Part shown: in pieces, positions 13,669 through 25,797 of the stretch
Numbering within the stretch: the first letter of the stretch is position 1
Layout of the letters: each line of letters begins with the position of its first letter
Assembly: GCF_009914755.1 (NCBI RefSeq)
Contig: NC_060928.1
DNA from: the human T2T-CHM13v2.0 reference genome, Homo sapiens
DNA: 64,000 nt
Reading direction: 5' to 3' (one strand)
Made by a program: the position numbers and the translations under genes
Notes under the pieces: generated by a model
Told to the model about the DNA's origin: nothing
Databases searched by the model: none
What the model saw: only the letters and a program-made list of their open reading frames with translations

Positions 13669-14128
13669 GTATTTCTTAGTTTCTTATGGCTCCTGTAGCA
13701 AATTACCATTAACTTGGTGGACAGAAACATCAGAAATTCATGCTTGCACAATTCTGGAGGCCCAAAGTCTGATATCAAGGTGTTGGCAGGGCCATGCTCC
13801 CGTGAAGGCTGTAGAAGATGATCTGTGTCTTGTCTCTTCCAGCATCTGGGGGCTCTGGGTGTTCCATGGCCTGTGGCTGTATCACCCCAATATCTGCCTC
13901 CATGGTCCCATTGCCTCCTCTTCTGTGTGCTTCTTCCCTGTGTGTCTCCTACAAGGGCACTTGCCACTATATTTAGGGCCATCTTGGATAATCCAGGATG
14001 ACCTCCTCATCTCAAGATACTTAATTACATCCGCAAAGACCCCCTTCCCAAATAAGGCCACAATCACAGGTCCGGGGATTTGCATATGGACGTATCATTT
14101 TTGGATGATCCCTATTCAACCCACTACA
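13669..14128 (-). mobile_element. MLT1B/C MaLR solo LTR inserted in a MIR
   Basis: 'ttctggaggcccaaagtctgatatcaaggtgttggcagggccatgctcc', 'ataatccaggatgacctcctcatctcaagat', ends 'ttcaacccactaca'; MIR pieces lie on both sides. Confidence 0.85.
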
Positions 14129-14296
14129 AGGCATTATAACAGTTTGCTTAGTTTTCATATTTGTTGGGAATATTGAAGGAGATGATGCACATAAAGCTCT
14201 CAGAACAGTACCTGGCAAAGAATAAAATGTTCAATGTTCAATAAATGATGGCCATTATTATCATTCTGTTTCCTAGTGACTATCACAGAGGCTGGC

Positions 14297-14306
14297 ATAT
14301 ACATAC

Positions 14307-14344
<38 letters not shown>

Positions 14345-14788
14345 TGTGAGCTATATATATAGCTATATATATATACTATATATTGAGAGCTATATATATA
14401 GCTATATATATACTATATATTGAGAGCTATATATACGCTATATAGCTATATATATAGCATACATATAGTATATATACATATATAGCATATATAGTATATA
14501 TACACGCTATATATAGCGTATATAGTATATATATACGCTATATATATAGCATATATAGTATATATATACGCTATATATATAGCATATATAGTATATATAC
14601 ATGCTATATATATAGCATATATATTATATATATGCTATATATACCTATATATGATATATAAGCTGTATATATAGATATTATATATATGTTGTATATATAT
14701 TATATATATGCTGTATATATTATATATATACACTATACATATACACTATATATATATATACACTATGTGTATATATATAGCTCTCAAT
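14297..14788. repeat. Compound (TA)n/(GA)n plus TA-rich minisatellite with AGCT/ACGCT/AGCAT punctuation
   Basis: Directly visible; units of roughly 33-37 bp such as TATAGTATATATATACGCTATATATATAGCATA. Confidence 0.92.
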
Positions 14789-15540
14789 TCTTATTTTCCT
14801 GTTTTCCTAAGTTAGAGATGTTAACTAGCACACTCTAGATATATTGCTAACATCAAGGGCTTAAATAGATCATGCTAGTTAATCTTCACTTTGACAAGGA
14901 TATTCAGTTAACCAGAATTCTCCTCCCCCATGACATGTGAATCTTGGCAGTGCTTCCAGTTGCAGCTCTTTCTCAAGGGAAGGATCTCCATGTTGAGGGC
15001 ATGGAGAATTTTGCTCTTTGCCAGTCCTCAAATAATGAATGACTTCATTTAAAATAAAGTTGAAGAGGTCAAGTGTATGTAATTATAGACGTGGGAAGGC
15101 TATGAAAGCAACCATCAAATAACCACCCTGCAAGATTACAGGCATGAGGAGGGACCGAGACTGGAAAAGAAATGACTTGCCCAGGTCATTCCTTGAGTTG
15201 GCAACAAGGCAGGATCTCTATTCATCCAGATTCAGCCCAGTCTTATTCTCACCAATGCTCTGCCTCAACTTGCTGACACCATTCAGTGCAAGAACTAATA
15301 CCCACAATAGTATCATCTATTTGAAAAACTGGAGGATCAGAACCAATTTATGTGACTCAACAAAATCTTACTCTCATAAGCTCTCAAGACTCTATTCCAA
15401 TAGACCCATGTAATAATAATACATAATAGCCTTATAATTTGTATTTTGTATTTCACTTTTATTTGCAAACAGTACCTCAGAAAAGCAGTATAAGATATTT
15501 CAGGCTTATTTGACACACCTAAAAGTCCTCTACTTTTCTC

Positions 15541-15982
15541 TTCTTTTTTTTTTTTTTGTTTGTTTTTACTTTTGTTTTTGGAGACAGGGTCTCAGGGTCT
15601 CACTCTACTGCCCAGGCTGGAGTGCAGTGGCATGATCATGGTTCACTGCAGCCTCGACTTCCTGGGTTCAGGTGATCCTCCTACCTCAGCCTCCCAAGTA
15701 GCCACAGGTGTGTACCACCATGCCTGGTTAATTTTTGTATTAGTTTGGTGCAAAAGTAAGTGAGTTTTTGCCATTAAAAGTATTAATAATTGCAAAAAGC
15801 ACACTTTTGTACCAACCTAATACAATATAATTTATAATATAGATATTTTTAATAATATTTTTTGTAGAGATGGTGTTTCACCATGTTGCCTAGGGTGGTC
15901 TTGAACTCCTGAACTCAAGCTATCTGCCCACCGTGACCTCCCAAAATGCTAGGATTACAGGCATGGGCCACTATGCCTGGTC
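15541..15982 (-). mobile_element. AluJ-type SINE interrupted by MADE1
   Basis: Poly-T, 'gagacagggtctcactct..cccaggctggagtgcagtggcatgatcatgg', right part ending 'ggattacaggcatgggccactatgcctggtc'. Confidence 0.88.
15740..15820. mobile_element. MADE1 (Hsmar1-derived mariner MITE)
   Basis: TTAGTTTGGTGCAAAAGTAA...TTTTTGCCATTA / TAATTGCAAAAA...ACTTTTGTACCAACCTAA terminal inverted repeats, 81 bp, flanked by TA on both sides (15738-39, 15821-22). Confidence 0.92.
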
Positions 15983-16504
15983 CAACTTTTCTTCCTAATA
16001 GGATCACTCTTTCCTCTTCACAAACTCCATACCTATTCCATGCCTCCTCACTGCACACTTCTGTTCAAACCTTTTTCTTTGTATCTTGAACACCTTCTCC
16101 TCTATTTCTACCTCTCCAAACCCTATCATTCTTGAAGTCTCTGTTAAAATGTTATCCGCTCCATAAAGTCTTCCTTGTTTGCCACCAAGTGACATTTCCT
16201 GTCTCTGAACCCTCATTTTACATCTTTTACACCTTTATTGTGGCATTAATCATTTTCTAATTTATATTTACTTACCCTCCTTTTCTATCTCTCCCCTTAT
16301 TTTATTGAAGTCACAGAGACGTCTGTAAAATGAGAGTCAAACAAATAAACTGGAAAGTTCCTCTGTCCACAGGACTTTCAGAGAGAAGTTAAATGTGTAA
16401 TCCTGATACCTTGACCACAGCTAAATGGACCAGGATACGACCCCAGTTCAAGACCAGCCAATCCCTAGACTGACCAGCAGCTATGAGGCAGCAGACAGGG
16501 GTGA

Positions 16505-16724
16505 CAGTGATATGCTGGAGCTGGCTTATGCTAGCTTATGGGCCCCAACTGTTCCATTTTCAGGATTTGAGGAGCCAGGTGACGTTATGTTGACAGCTTG
16601 AAACCATCTCTCGTAGGAGTATTTGTGCCAAGGAAATTGGCAACACACAGGTGTCAGGGTTTCCCCTACCCCCACCCAACCTCCCACAGAGAACCAGTTA
16701 TTAAACATTACCAGCACAACACTG
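16505..16724. mobile_element. MER63A-like hAT-Blackjack MITE
   Basis: TIRs CAGTGATATGCTGG ... CCAGCACAACACTG; internal 'ttttcaggattt..gagccagg..cagcttgaaa'. Confidence 0.7.
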
Positions 16725-19087
16725 ATGATAGCAAACTGAACCTTCTCCCCAGGCAGTAGAAGTGTGAGACCTACAGAATGAGCCAGCGGTCCTTAACACA
16801 AACAAAGGCAGAACTAACTCAGAGAGGAGGCTGGGTGCAAAAGACAGGAGACAGACAACGGCATGAGGCAGCAAAAGCCACAAGGCTGAGAGATAGGAAT
16901 AGAAATAAGCTGGTCAGTAATGGCAGGTTCAGAATAAGCAGAGGCAGGGAGTGGTGGAATTGTGACGATGACAAATTCCTGGAGTAGAAACAAACAAGTG
17001 CCTCTGCCTCGGGATGATGACTAATCCTGCCTCCTGGATGCTTTGCTGGATCCCACATGACCTTTCTAATTCCTACTCATCTGTGGGGCTGGCTTTGCAG
17101 GGATTCCTTTTTTCCTCACTTTCCTGCCTCCCAGATAAACTCTCATCACAGAGGACGTGCAGCCCAGAGAACACAATAGAGTGACCATTGCACTTTACAG
17201 CTCATAAACTGCTTTCACATCTATCCTCACATTGAATCCTTATGATAACTTTGGCAGGCACACAGGACACCAGCTCTTGTGAGCCTCAGCCAACACATGA
17301 GATAAGGAAGCTGAGGCTCAGAGAAGCTGCAAGACTTGCCCAAATATATGAGGCTAGAACAAAAAAGAAATGACATATGATCCCAGGTCCTCTGGCCTCA
17401 GGATCAGGGGCTCAATCCACTTTGGGCATAGGTGAGCTGGGAAGTCCACATAAGATGGGAAATGCTTTAACACTTTGTCCTCTCAGATCACAGCCCATGA
17501 ATGACAGCATGGTTAGTCAACCATCAGAAGGAGCGAAGAGGCCAAGAGATAGAAAAAGTGAGAGAAAAAAGAAAATGAAAGAGATGAGGAGAAAATGTGA
17601 TTTGGAAGTTTGGGTATCACATATAAATAATATAATATATAGGTATGCACACACACATAAATATACATGTACAGTATACATGTAATATCACATTATGTAT
17701 GTTATGTGGCATCAGACATACCTGGGTTAAAAATCTCAGCTTCCCTACTCATTGGACACGAGAACTTGAACAAGCCACTTACCCTTCCTGAGACTCTATT
17801 CATAAAATGGACATTAGTTTCTCCGTCCACTTTGTAAGATTCTGATAAAGCCTGATGAGAAAATGTATGTAAACTATCTGACACAAAGCTGTCCATAAAG
17901 TAATAATTTAATATATTTGATATTTAATTACTATTATTTTTAAGAAATAATTAAAACAATAAAAAGCTATAATCACTTAGTTATTAATTAGGATCATTAA
18001 TCTGCCTTTATCCTAAAAAAAAAAGTCAGCTAATGAAAGAACTCCTCTATATAAATCAAGGATATTTTATACATGTACACAGTCTGCTCTACCAAAAATT
18101 AAAAATATCATTGAAAACATACAGGATTCAAAATTAAATGTCTTTAAATAAAGCATAAAGCAAAAACAGCTGCTGCTGGAACTTGGTCCCTAGGCAGGTT
18201 TGATTTTTGAAAATGACAAAGAGGCCAAATTGTGCTTCGATTCCTGCCTGAACGGAGTGAGAGATGGGGTGTGACTGCCTCCCTGACAGCCTGCTTGGGG
18301 GAAGAATGCAGATGCTTAAACAAAGGATATTGTATGCTGGACACACAGCTTTCTGGGACTCTCAGCCATCAGGGAATTCTGCAGCCACATCACAAACAGC
18401 CTTGCTGAATTTTTCCTTCCATTTTCTAAACTAGCAATCACCACAAAGAAGACACCCTAACGGGTGCCATGAATGCAAATTTATTAGGCTGATCTGGGAT
18501 AACACTCCTTGCCACCGGCAGAAAAATCACCTATATTCCTGGAGACCTTAGTATGTGGCCTTATCACTTCCTAGTAGAGCCTCTGCTACAAGACTAATTC
18601 CACCTGGAGGATAAGTGTCTTATGCTGCAACCTAGAAATTAGACCCAGAATATGTACTGGGGAAGGAGCTGTTTGAATATGACTCAAATATAATTTTTAA
18701 ATATAATTTTAAAGTTAAGTAAACAAAAGTAAACACAAAAAATAAAGCCAAGAATTAAACCAACCAAACGGCACTCACCTTAACCAATGACCACCTTTTG
18801 CATATGTGCTTCCCAGCTTCTTTTCCTTCTCGTGTATGTGTTCACAGAATTGAAGTTAGAGTATCTTCATGATTTTGCAATGCAAATTTTTAGGAACTAG
18901 CTCATTGTGTAAGGGGAGTGGAACAAGAAATGGTAATTTGAAGGTATCCATCTTACCCTACGCAGGTAGGATGCCAGGGTGCCAGAAAGTGTCATCACTA
19001 GAGAAGCCTCACTTCTCTGAGAAAACAATGTCAAGTTAAGGTGCTTCTCTTTGTACTCCAGGATGAGAAACAGCCCCATAGTGTTTT

Positions 19088-19366
19088 TTATTTATTTATT
19101 TATTTTTATGTTTTTGAGATGGAGTCTTGCTCTGTGGCGCAGGCTGGAGTGCAGTGGCATGATCTCGGCTCACTGCAACCTCTGCCTCCTGGTTCAAGCA
19201 ATTCTCCTGCCTTGGTCTCCCAAGTAGCTGGGATTACAGGTGCGTGCCACCATGCTCGGGTGATTTTTGTATTTTTAGTAAGCTGGAGTTTCACCATGTT
19301 GGCCAGGCTGGTCTCAAACTCCTGACCTCGAGTGATCCGCCCACCTCGGCCTCCCAAAGTGCTGGA
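19088..19366 (-). mobile_element. AluS SINE, slightly 5'-truncated
   Basis: Alu body on the minus strand; 14-bp TSD CCCCATAGTGTTTT at 19074-19087 and 19367-19380. Confidence 0.95.
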
Positions 19367-20476
19367 CCCCATAGTGTTTTATCTCTCCTGCCCAGTGTTC
19401 CTGCTACACAAACTGAGTCCAGGTTTTTGACCACATCTCAATGTCTTCTCACTGTGCTGCCACAGCTGGTGTTCACTGTGCCTAAAACTCTTTTCCCCAC
19501 CGTCCATTTATCTCTCTGACTCCTTTTTACCACTCAGATCTCTTATTTCCCACCCGTTCGCTCGCAGACCTTTGCTGAACCTGACCTGACCTGCCACCTC
19601 AGGCTCCAGGAGGCCGTACAGAAAACTATAGCTGCCGCTTCCTGGCACTTATGACAGTATTTTAATTTTGGTTTTCATGTCAATCTCTTTTCCAACGGGG
19701 AGACATGAAATTACATCCAGAAGGGAAGGGAAAGACCAGGAAGCCTGGCTCGCGCCACCACCACGGATGCAGGTATGCCATGGTGGTATTTGAGCAGCAA
19801 GAGCCTGGGCCTGAGAGCGAAGTGGGAGCAGTGAGGCCAGTGGGATAGCAGATGTGTCTGTCCAGATGCTCTTTCTCTAGAGCTCTGTCTGGGCCTCCAG
19901 GCTGGGGCTGGTCCTCAAAAAAGATCACACCAGAAGAAAAGGAATCTTCAAGAAATACAGTCATGATCAAACAGCCTGAGGATCAGGGAAAGGGATGGGT
20001 CAACATCAGTTCCTACTAGCAAGCCAATTCCAGAGAGGAGTGGGAAAGGGAGATGACTGCAAACCCCAGCGGGGGTTCCCTGAAGAACTCCTAGACCCTC
20101 AACTGTCAAGATGGAACAGGAAGACATGTAGCCAAGGATGGCAACAGTGGTAAGCCACAGTGCTGTTAAGCATGCTCCTGCGTCCAAAGAGATGCAAGAA
20201 GGAACACAAGCAGATGGTCAGCAGTGCCGAGGCTGTCTGGGGAAAAGGAGATTAGAATTTCCCTCTGTGGGCCTCAAGGGTAGGACCTCTCTAGACCACA
20301 GAGCTCCAAAATAGCTTATCTGTGCATTCATGTGCCCTCCCCCAGAAGCAACCAGAACAAGAGCTGGTAGAAGGAAGGTGCTGGATAAATCTATGTTGGA
20401 TGGATGGATGGATGGATAACTGCCACTGTAGGATTACCTGGAGATAACTGTGTCTCAAGAAGTAATAGAGAAACAA

Positions 20477-20767
20477 GGCCAGGTGCGGGGGCTCACGCCT
20501 GTAATCCCAGCACTTTGGGAGGCCGAGGTGAGGTGGATGGATAACCTGAGGTCAGGAGTGAGACCAACCTGGCTAAAATGGCAAAACCCTGTCTCTACTA
20601 AAAATACAAAAAAATTAGCCGGGCATGGTGGCAGGCACCTGTAATCCCAGCTACTAGGGAGGCTGAGGCAGGAACCCAGGAGGCGGAGGTTACAGATAGT
20701 TGACATCATGCCAGAGCACTCCACCCTAGGTGACAGAGTGAGACTCCATCTCAGAAACAAAAACAAA
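20477..20767 (+). mobile_element. AluS SINE
   Basis: GGCCAGGTGCGG...A-rich tail; 19-bp TSD AAGAAGTAATAGAGAAACA at 20457-20475 and 20768-20786. Confidence 0.95.
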
Positions 20768-21228
20768 AAGAAGTAATAGAGAAACAGTATCACTTGGGCA
20801 GTCCATCACCTCTGCCAGGAGTTTGGAAGGACAGATCCAGAAGACAAACAGAGATGCAGGCTATGGAGCTCCCTGGAGCCATGGCCCCACAGGGAGGCAG
20901 CTGAGCAAGTCTACAGAGGGAAGCCTCACTGGCTAAGATTCTACTCTTCAGTCACATCCTGCTCCTGAACCAGGTACCAGACTGTAGGCCTGACTCAAGG
21001 CAGGGTTCCATCATCCATATGTGCAAATGAGGAATGCTTGAAATTTTAGAATTCTGAAGGACTTCAGGAGTCCTGAGGAAGTTTTCGCAGTTCCCAAACT
21101 ATAATACTTCAGTAGTTCAGAAATCCATATAGATATTTCATATTATTATATTGTATTATAGCAATGTTATATATTATTATAATTACATTATATATAATTA
21201 TTATAGATTCTATAATTATTATATATAA

Positions 21229-21517
21229 CTGCAGATTCAACCAGCTGCAGATGGAAAATATTCAGAGAAAAAAATAGTAAATAACAATACAACGATAAAA
21301 ATAAAACTTTAAAAAACAATACAACTATTTACATAGTAATTACATTATACTAGATATTATAACTAATTCAGAGATAATTTGAAGTATACCACAGGATGTT
21401 TGTAGGTTACATACAAATACTATGCCATCTTACATCAGAGACATGAGCAGTCACAGATTTTGGTATTTGGAGGGGGTCCTCAAACAAATCTCCCACAGAT
21501 GCCAAAGGAAAACGGTG
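21229..21517 (-). mobile_element. MER2-type Tigger MITE, left terminus missing
   Basis: 'gattcaacc..ctgcagatggaaaatattcag', 'gtaggttacatacaaatactatgccat', 'cagattttggtatttggagggggtcct...cccacagatgccaaagga' match MER2 reverse strand. Confidence 0.8.
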
Positions 21518-21586
21518 TGTCTGTCTGTATGTATATACATATTTTATATATATAATATATTATATTTTTGATGATATAATATATTG

Positions 21587-22029
21587 ATGATGTTTCAATC
21601 AACAGCTGCATATATGATGATCTTAGAAGATTATAATGGAGCTGCCCTACATAGGTGTACAATATTTAAATGTTTCACATTGTGTTTATGCTGTTTCTTT
21701 CTATGTTTAGATACATAAACACTTAACGTTGTGTTACAATTGCTTACAATATTCAGTACAGTAAAATGCTGTACAGTTTGTAACCCAGGAGCAACAGGCT
21801 ATACCATGTAGCCTCTGTGTGTAGTGAATTATAGCATCTAGGTTTTTGTACGTATACTCTAATGTTTACACAATGACAAAATCATCTAATGATACATTTC
21901 TCAGAGCATGTCACTGTCATTAAGTGACAAATAACTATAATGTGTAAATGTGTGGGGTATGTGGATACATACATATGCATGCATATGTGTGTATATATAT
22001 AAAATATATAATATTGTGTATATATATAA
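21587..22029 (-). repeat. Left arm of a long inverted repeat (truncated Tigger3 MITE copy plus ~90 bp flank)
   Basis: Reverse complement of 25798-26236; manual alignment gives 14 substitutions and 3 small indels over ~440 bp. Confidence 0.95.
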
Positions 22030-25000
22030 TGTATATAATATATATAATATATTATATAAATAATATATAATATATAATATAAATAATATATATTCTATAT
22101 AATATATTATATATTATATATAATATAAATAATATATATTCTATATAATATATTATATATTATATATAATATAAATAATATATATTCTATATAATATATT
22201 ATATATTATATATAATATAAATAATATATATTCTATATAATATATTATATATTATATATAATATAAATAATATATATTATATAAAATATATAATATAAAT
22301 ATAATGTATAATATATAATATATAATATTATATATTTTATATATAAGATATATATTTTATTATATTATATATTATATATTTATATAATATAATATATATT
22401 TATATAATATAATATATATTTATATATTATATATTTATATAATGTAATATATATTTATATATTGTATATTTATATAATGTAATATATATTTATATATTGT
22501 ATATTTATGTAATATATATTTTTATATTGTATATTTATATAATATATATTTATATATTATATATTTATATAATATATATTTATATATTATATATTTATAT
22601 AATATATATTTATATATTATATATTTATATATTATATATTTATATATTATATATTTATATAATATAATATATATTTATATATTATATATTTATATAAATA
22701 ATATATATTTATATATTATATATTTATATAATATAATATATATTTATATATTATATATTTATATAATATAATATATATTGATATATTATATATTTATATA
22801 ATATAATATATATTGATATATTATATATTTATATAATATAATACATATTGATATATTATATATTTATATAATATAATACATATTGATATATTACATATTT
22901 ATATAATATAATACATATTGATATATTACATATTTATATATTATATATTTATATAAATAATATATATTTATATATTATATATTTATATAAATAATATATA
23001 TTTATATATTATATATTTATATAAATAATATATATTTATATATTATATATTTATATAAATAATATATATTTATATATTATATATTTATATGGATAATATA
23101 TATTTATATATTATATATTTATATAGATAATATATATTTATATATTATATATTATATAAATAATATATATTTATATATTATATATTTATATAAATAATAT
23201 ATATTTATATATTATATATTTATATAAACAATATATATTTATATATTATATATTTATATAAACAATATATATTTATATATTATATATTTATATAAACAAT
23301 ATATATTTATATATTATATATTTATATAAACAATATATATTTATATATCATATATTTATATAAACAATATATATTTATATATCATATATTTATATATTAT
23401 AATGTATATTTATATATCATATATTTATATATTATATATATATTTATGTATCATATATTTATATATTATATATATATTTATGTATCATATATTTATATAT
23501 GATATATATATTTATGTATCATATATTTATATATTATATATATATTTATGTATCATATATTTATATATTATATATATATTTATGTATCATATTTATATAT
23601 TATATATATATTTATGTATCATATATTTATATATTATATATATATTTATGTATCATATATTTATATAATAGAATATATATTTATGTATCATATATTTATA
23701 TAATAGAATATATATTTATGTATCATATATTTATATAATAGAATATATATTTATGTATCATATATTTATATAATAGAATATATATTTATGTATCATATAT
23801 TTATATAATAGAATATATATTTATGTATCATATATTTATATAATAGAATATTTATTTATGTATCATATATTTATATAATAGAATATATATTTATGTATCA
23901 TATATTTATATAATAGAATATATATTTATGTATCATATATTTATATAATAGAATATATATTTATGTATCATATATTTATATAATAGAATATATATTTATA
24001 TATCATATATTTATATAATAGAATATATATTTATATATCATATATTTATATAATAGAATATATATTTATATATCATATATTTATATAATAGAATATATAT
24101 TTATATATTATATATTTATATAATAGAATATATATTTATATATTATATATTTATATAATAGAATATATATTTATATATTATATATTTATATAATAGAATA
24201 TATATTTATATATTATATATTTATATAATAGAATATATATTTATATATTATATATTTATATAATAGAATATATATTTATATATTATATATTTATATAATA
24301 GAATATATATATTATATATTTATATAATAGAATATATATATTATATATTTATATAATAGAATATATATATTACATATTTATATATTATATATTTATATAA
24401 TATAATATATATTATATATTTATAGAATATCATATATATTATATATTTATATAATATAATATATATATTATATATTCATATATTATATATTTATATAAGA
24501 ATATAATATATATTCATATATTATATATTTATATAATAATATAATATATATTCATATATTATATATTTATATAATAATATAATATATATTCATATATTAT
24601 ATATTTATATAATAATATAATATATATTCATACATTATATATTTATATAATAATATAATATATATTCATACATTATATATTTATATAATAATATAATATA
24701 TATTCATACATTATATATTTGTATAATAATATAATATATATTCATATATTATATATTTATATAATAATATAATATATATTCATACATTATATATTTATAT
24801 AATAATATAATATATATTCATATATTATATATTTATATAATAATATAATATATATTCATATATTATATATTTATATAATAATATAATATATACTCATATA
24901 TTATATATTTATATAATATATAATATATATTATATAAATACATAATATATATTATATATATTTATATATCATATAATTATATATAAATATATATATAATT

Positions 25001-25797
25001 ATGTATCATATAAATATATATAATTATATATCATATATTTATATATATAATTATATATCATATAATTATAGATATATAATTATATATCATATAATTATAT
25101 GATATATAATTATATATCATATAATTATAGATATATAATTATATATCTATAATTATATATAAATATATATATAATTATATATCATATAATTATATAAATA
25201 TATATATAATTATATATCATATAAATATATATATAATTATATATCATATAAATATATATAATTATATATCATATAATTATATGTAAATATATATAATTAT
25301 ATATCATATAATTATATATATATAATTATATATCATACAATTATATATCATATAATTATATATAAATATATATATAATTATATATCATATAATTATATAT
25401 AAATATATATATAATTATATATCATATAATTATACATATTTATATATAATTATATATCATATAATTATATATAAATATATATAGTTATATATCATATAAT
25501 TATATATAAATATATATATATTTATATATAGTTATATATCATATAATTATATATAAATATATAATATATCATATATTATATATAAATATATAATATATCA
25601 TATATTTATATATAATTAATAATATATTATATTATATATTATATTATATATTTATATATAATTATATGATATATTATATGATATATTATATTATATATTA
25701 TATAATGTATAATATAATAAAATATATAATATTATATATCATATATTTTATATATTATACATTATATTTATAATATATTATATATTTCATATATATT
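22030..25797. repeat. ~3.8 kb compound AT-rich minisatellite (46-, 35-, 38-bp and shorter units)
   Basis: Almost exclusively A/T. Periodicity read from the rare G/C bases: C at 22095/22141/22187/22233 (46 bp), G at 22780-22920 every 35 bp, G at 23671-24301 every 35 bp, C at 24515/24553/24591/24629 (38 bp). Confidence 0.97.

Noticed and set aside
13617-14218. Overlapping ORFs of 121-172 aa
   Set aside because: They lie within an MLT1 LTR/MIR and are chance open frames.
19041-20793. Alu-derived ORFs and an oppositely oriented Alu pair ~1.1 kb apart
   Set aside because: Typical Alu translations; diverged inverted Alu pairs are commonplace and no transcript is evident.
23402-23738. Tyr/Ile-rich repetitive ORFs (88 and 79 aa)
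   Set aside because: They are translations of the AT minisatellite, with no promoter, splice or codon evidence.
23660-24900. Regular 35-38 bp periodicity superficially like a CRISPR array
   Set aside because: The units are tandem with no unique spacers, there are no cas genes, and the context is primate.
22030-25797. Identification as FRA16B, FRA10B or a named PATRR
   Set aside because: The units do not clearly match what I recall of those motifs and the locus cannot be placed without a search; only the resemblance is reported.
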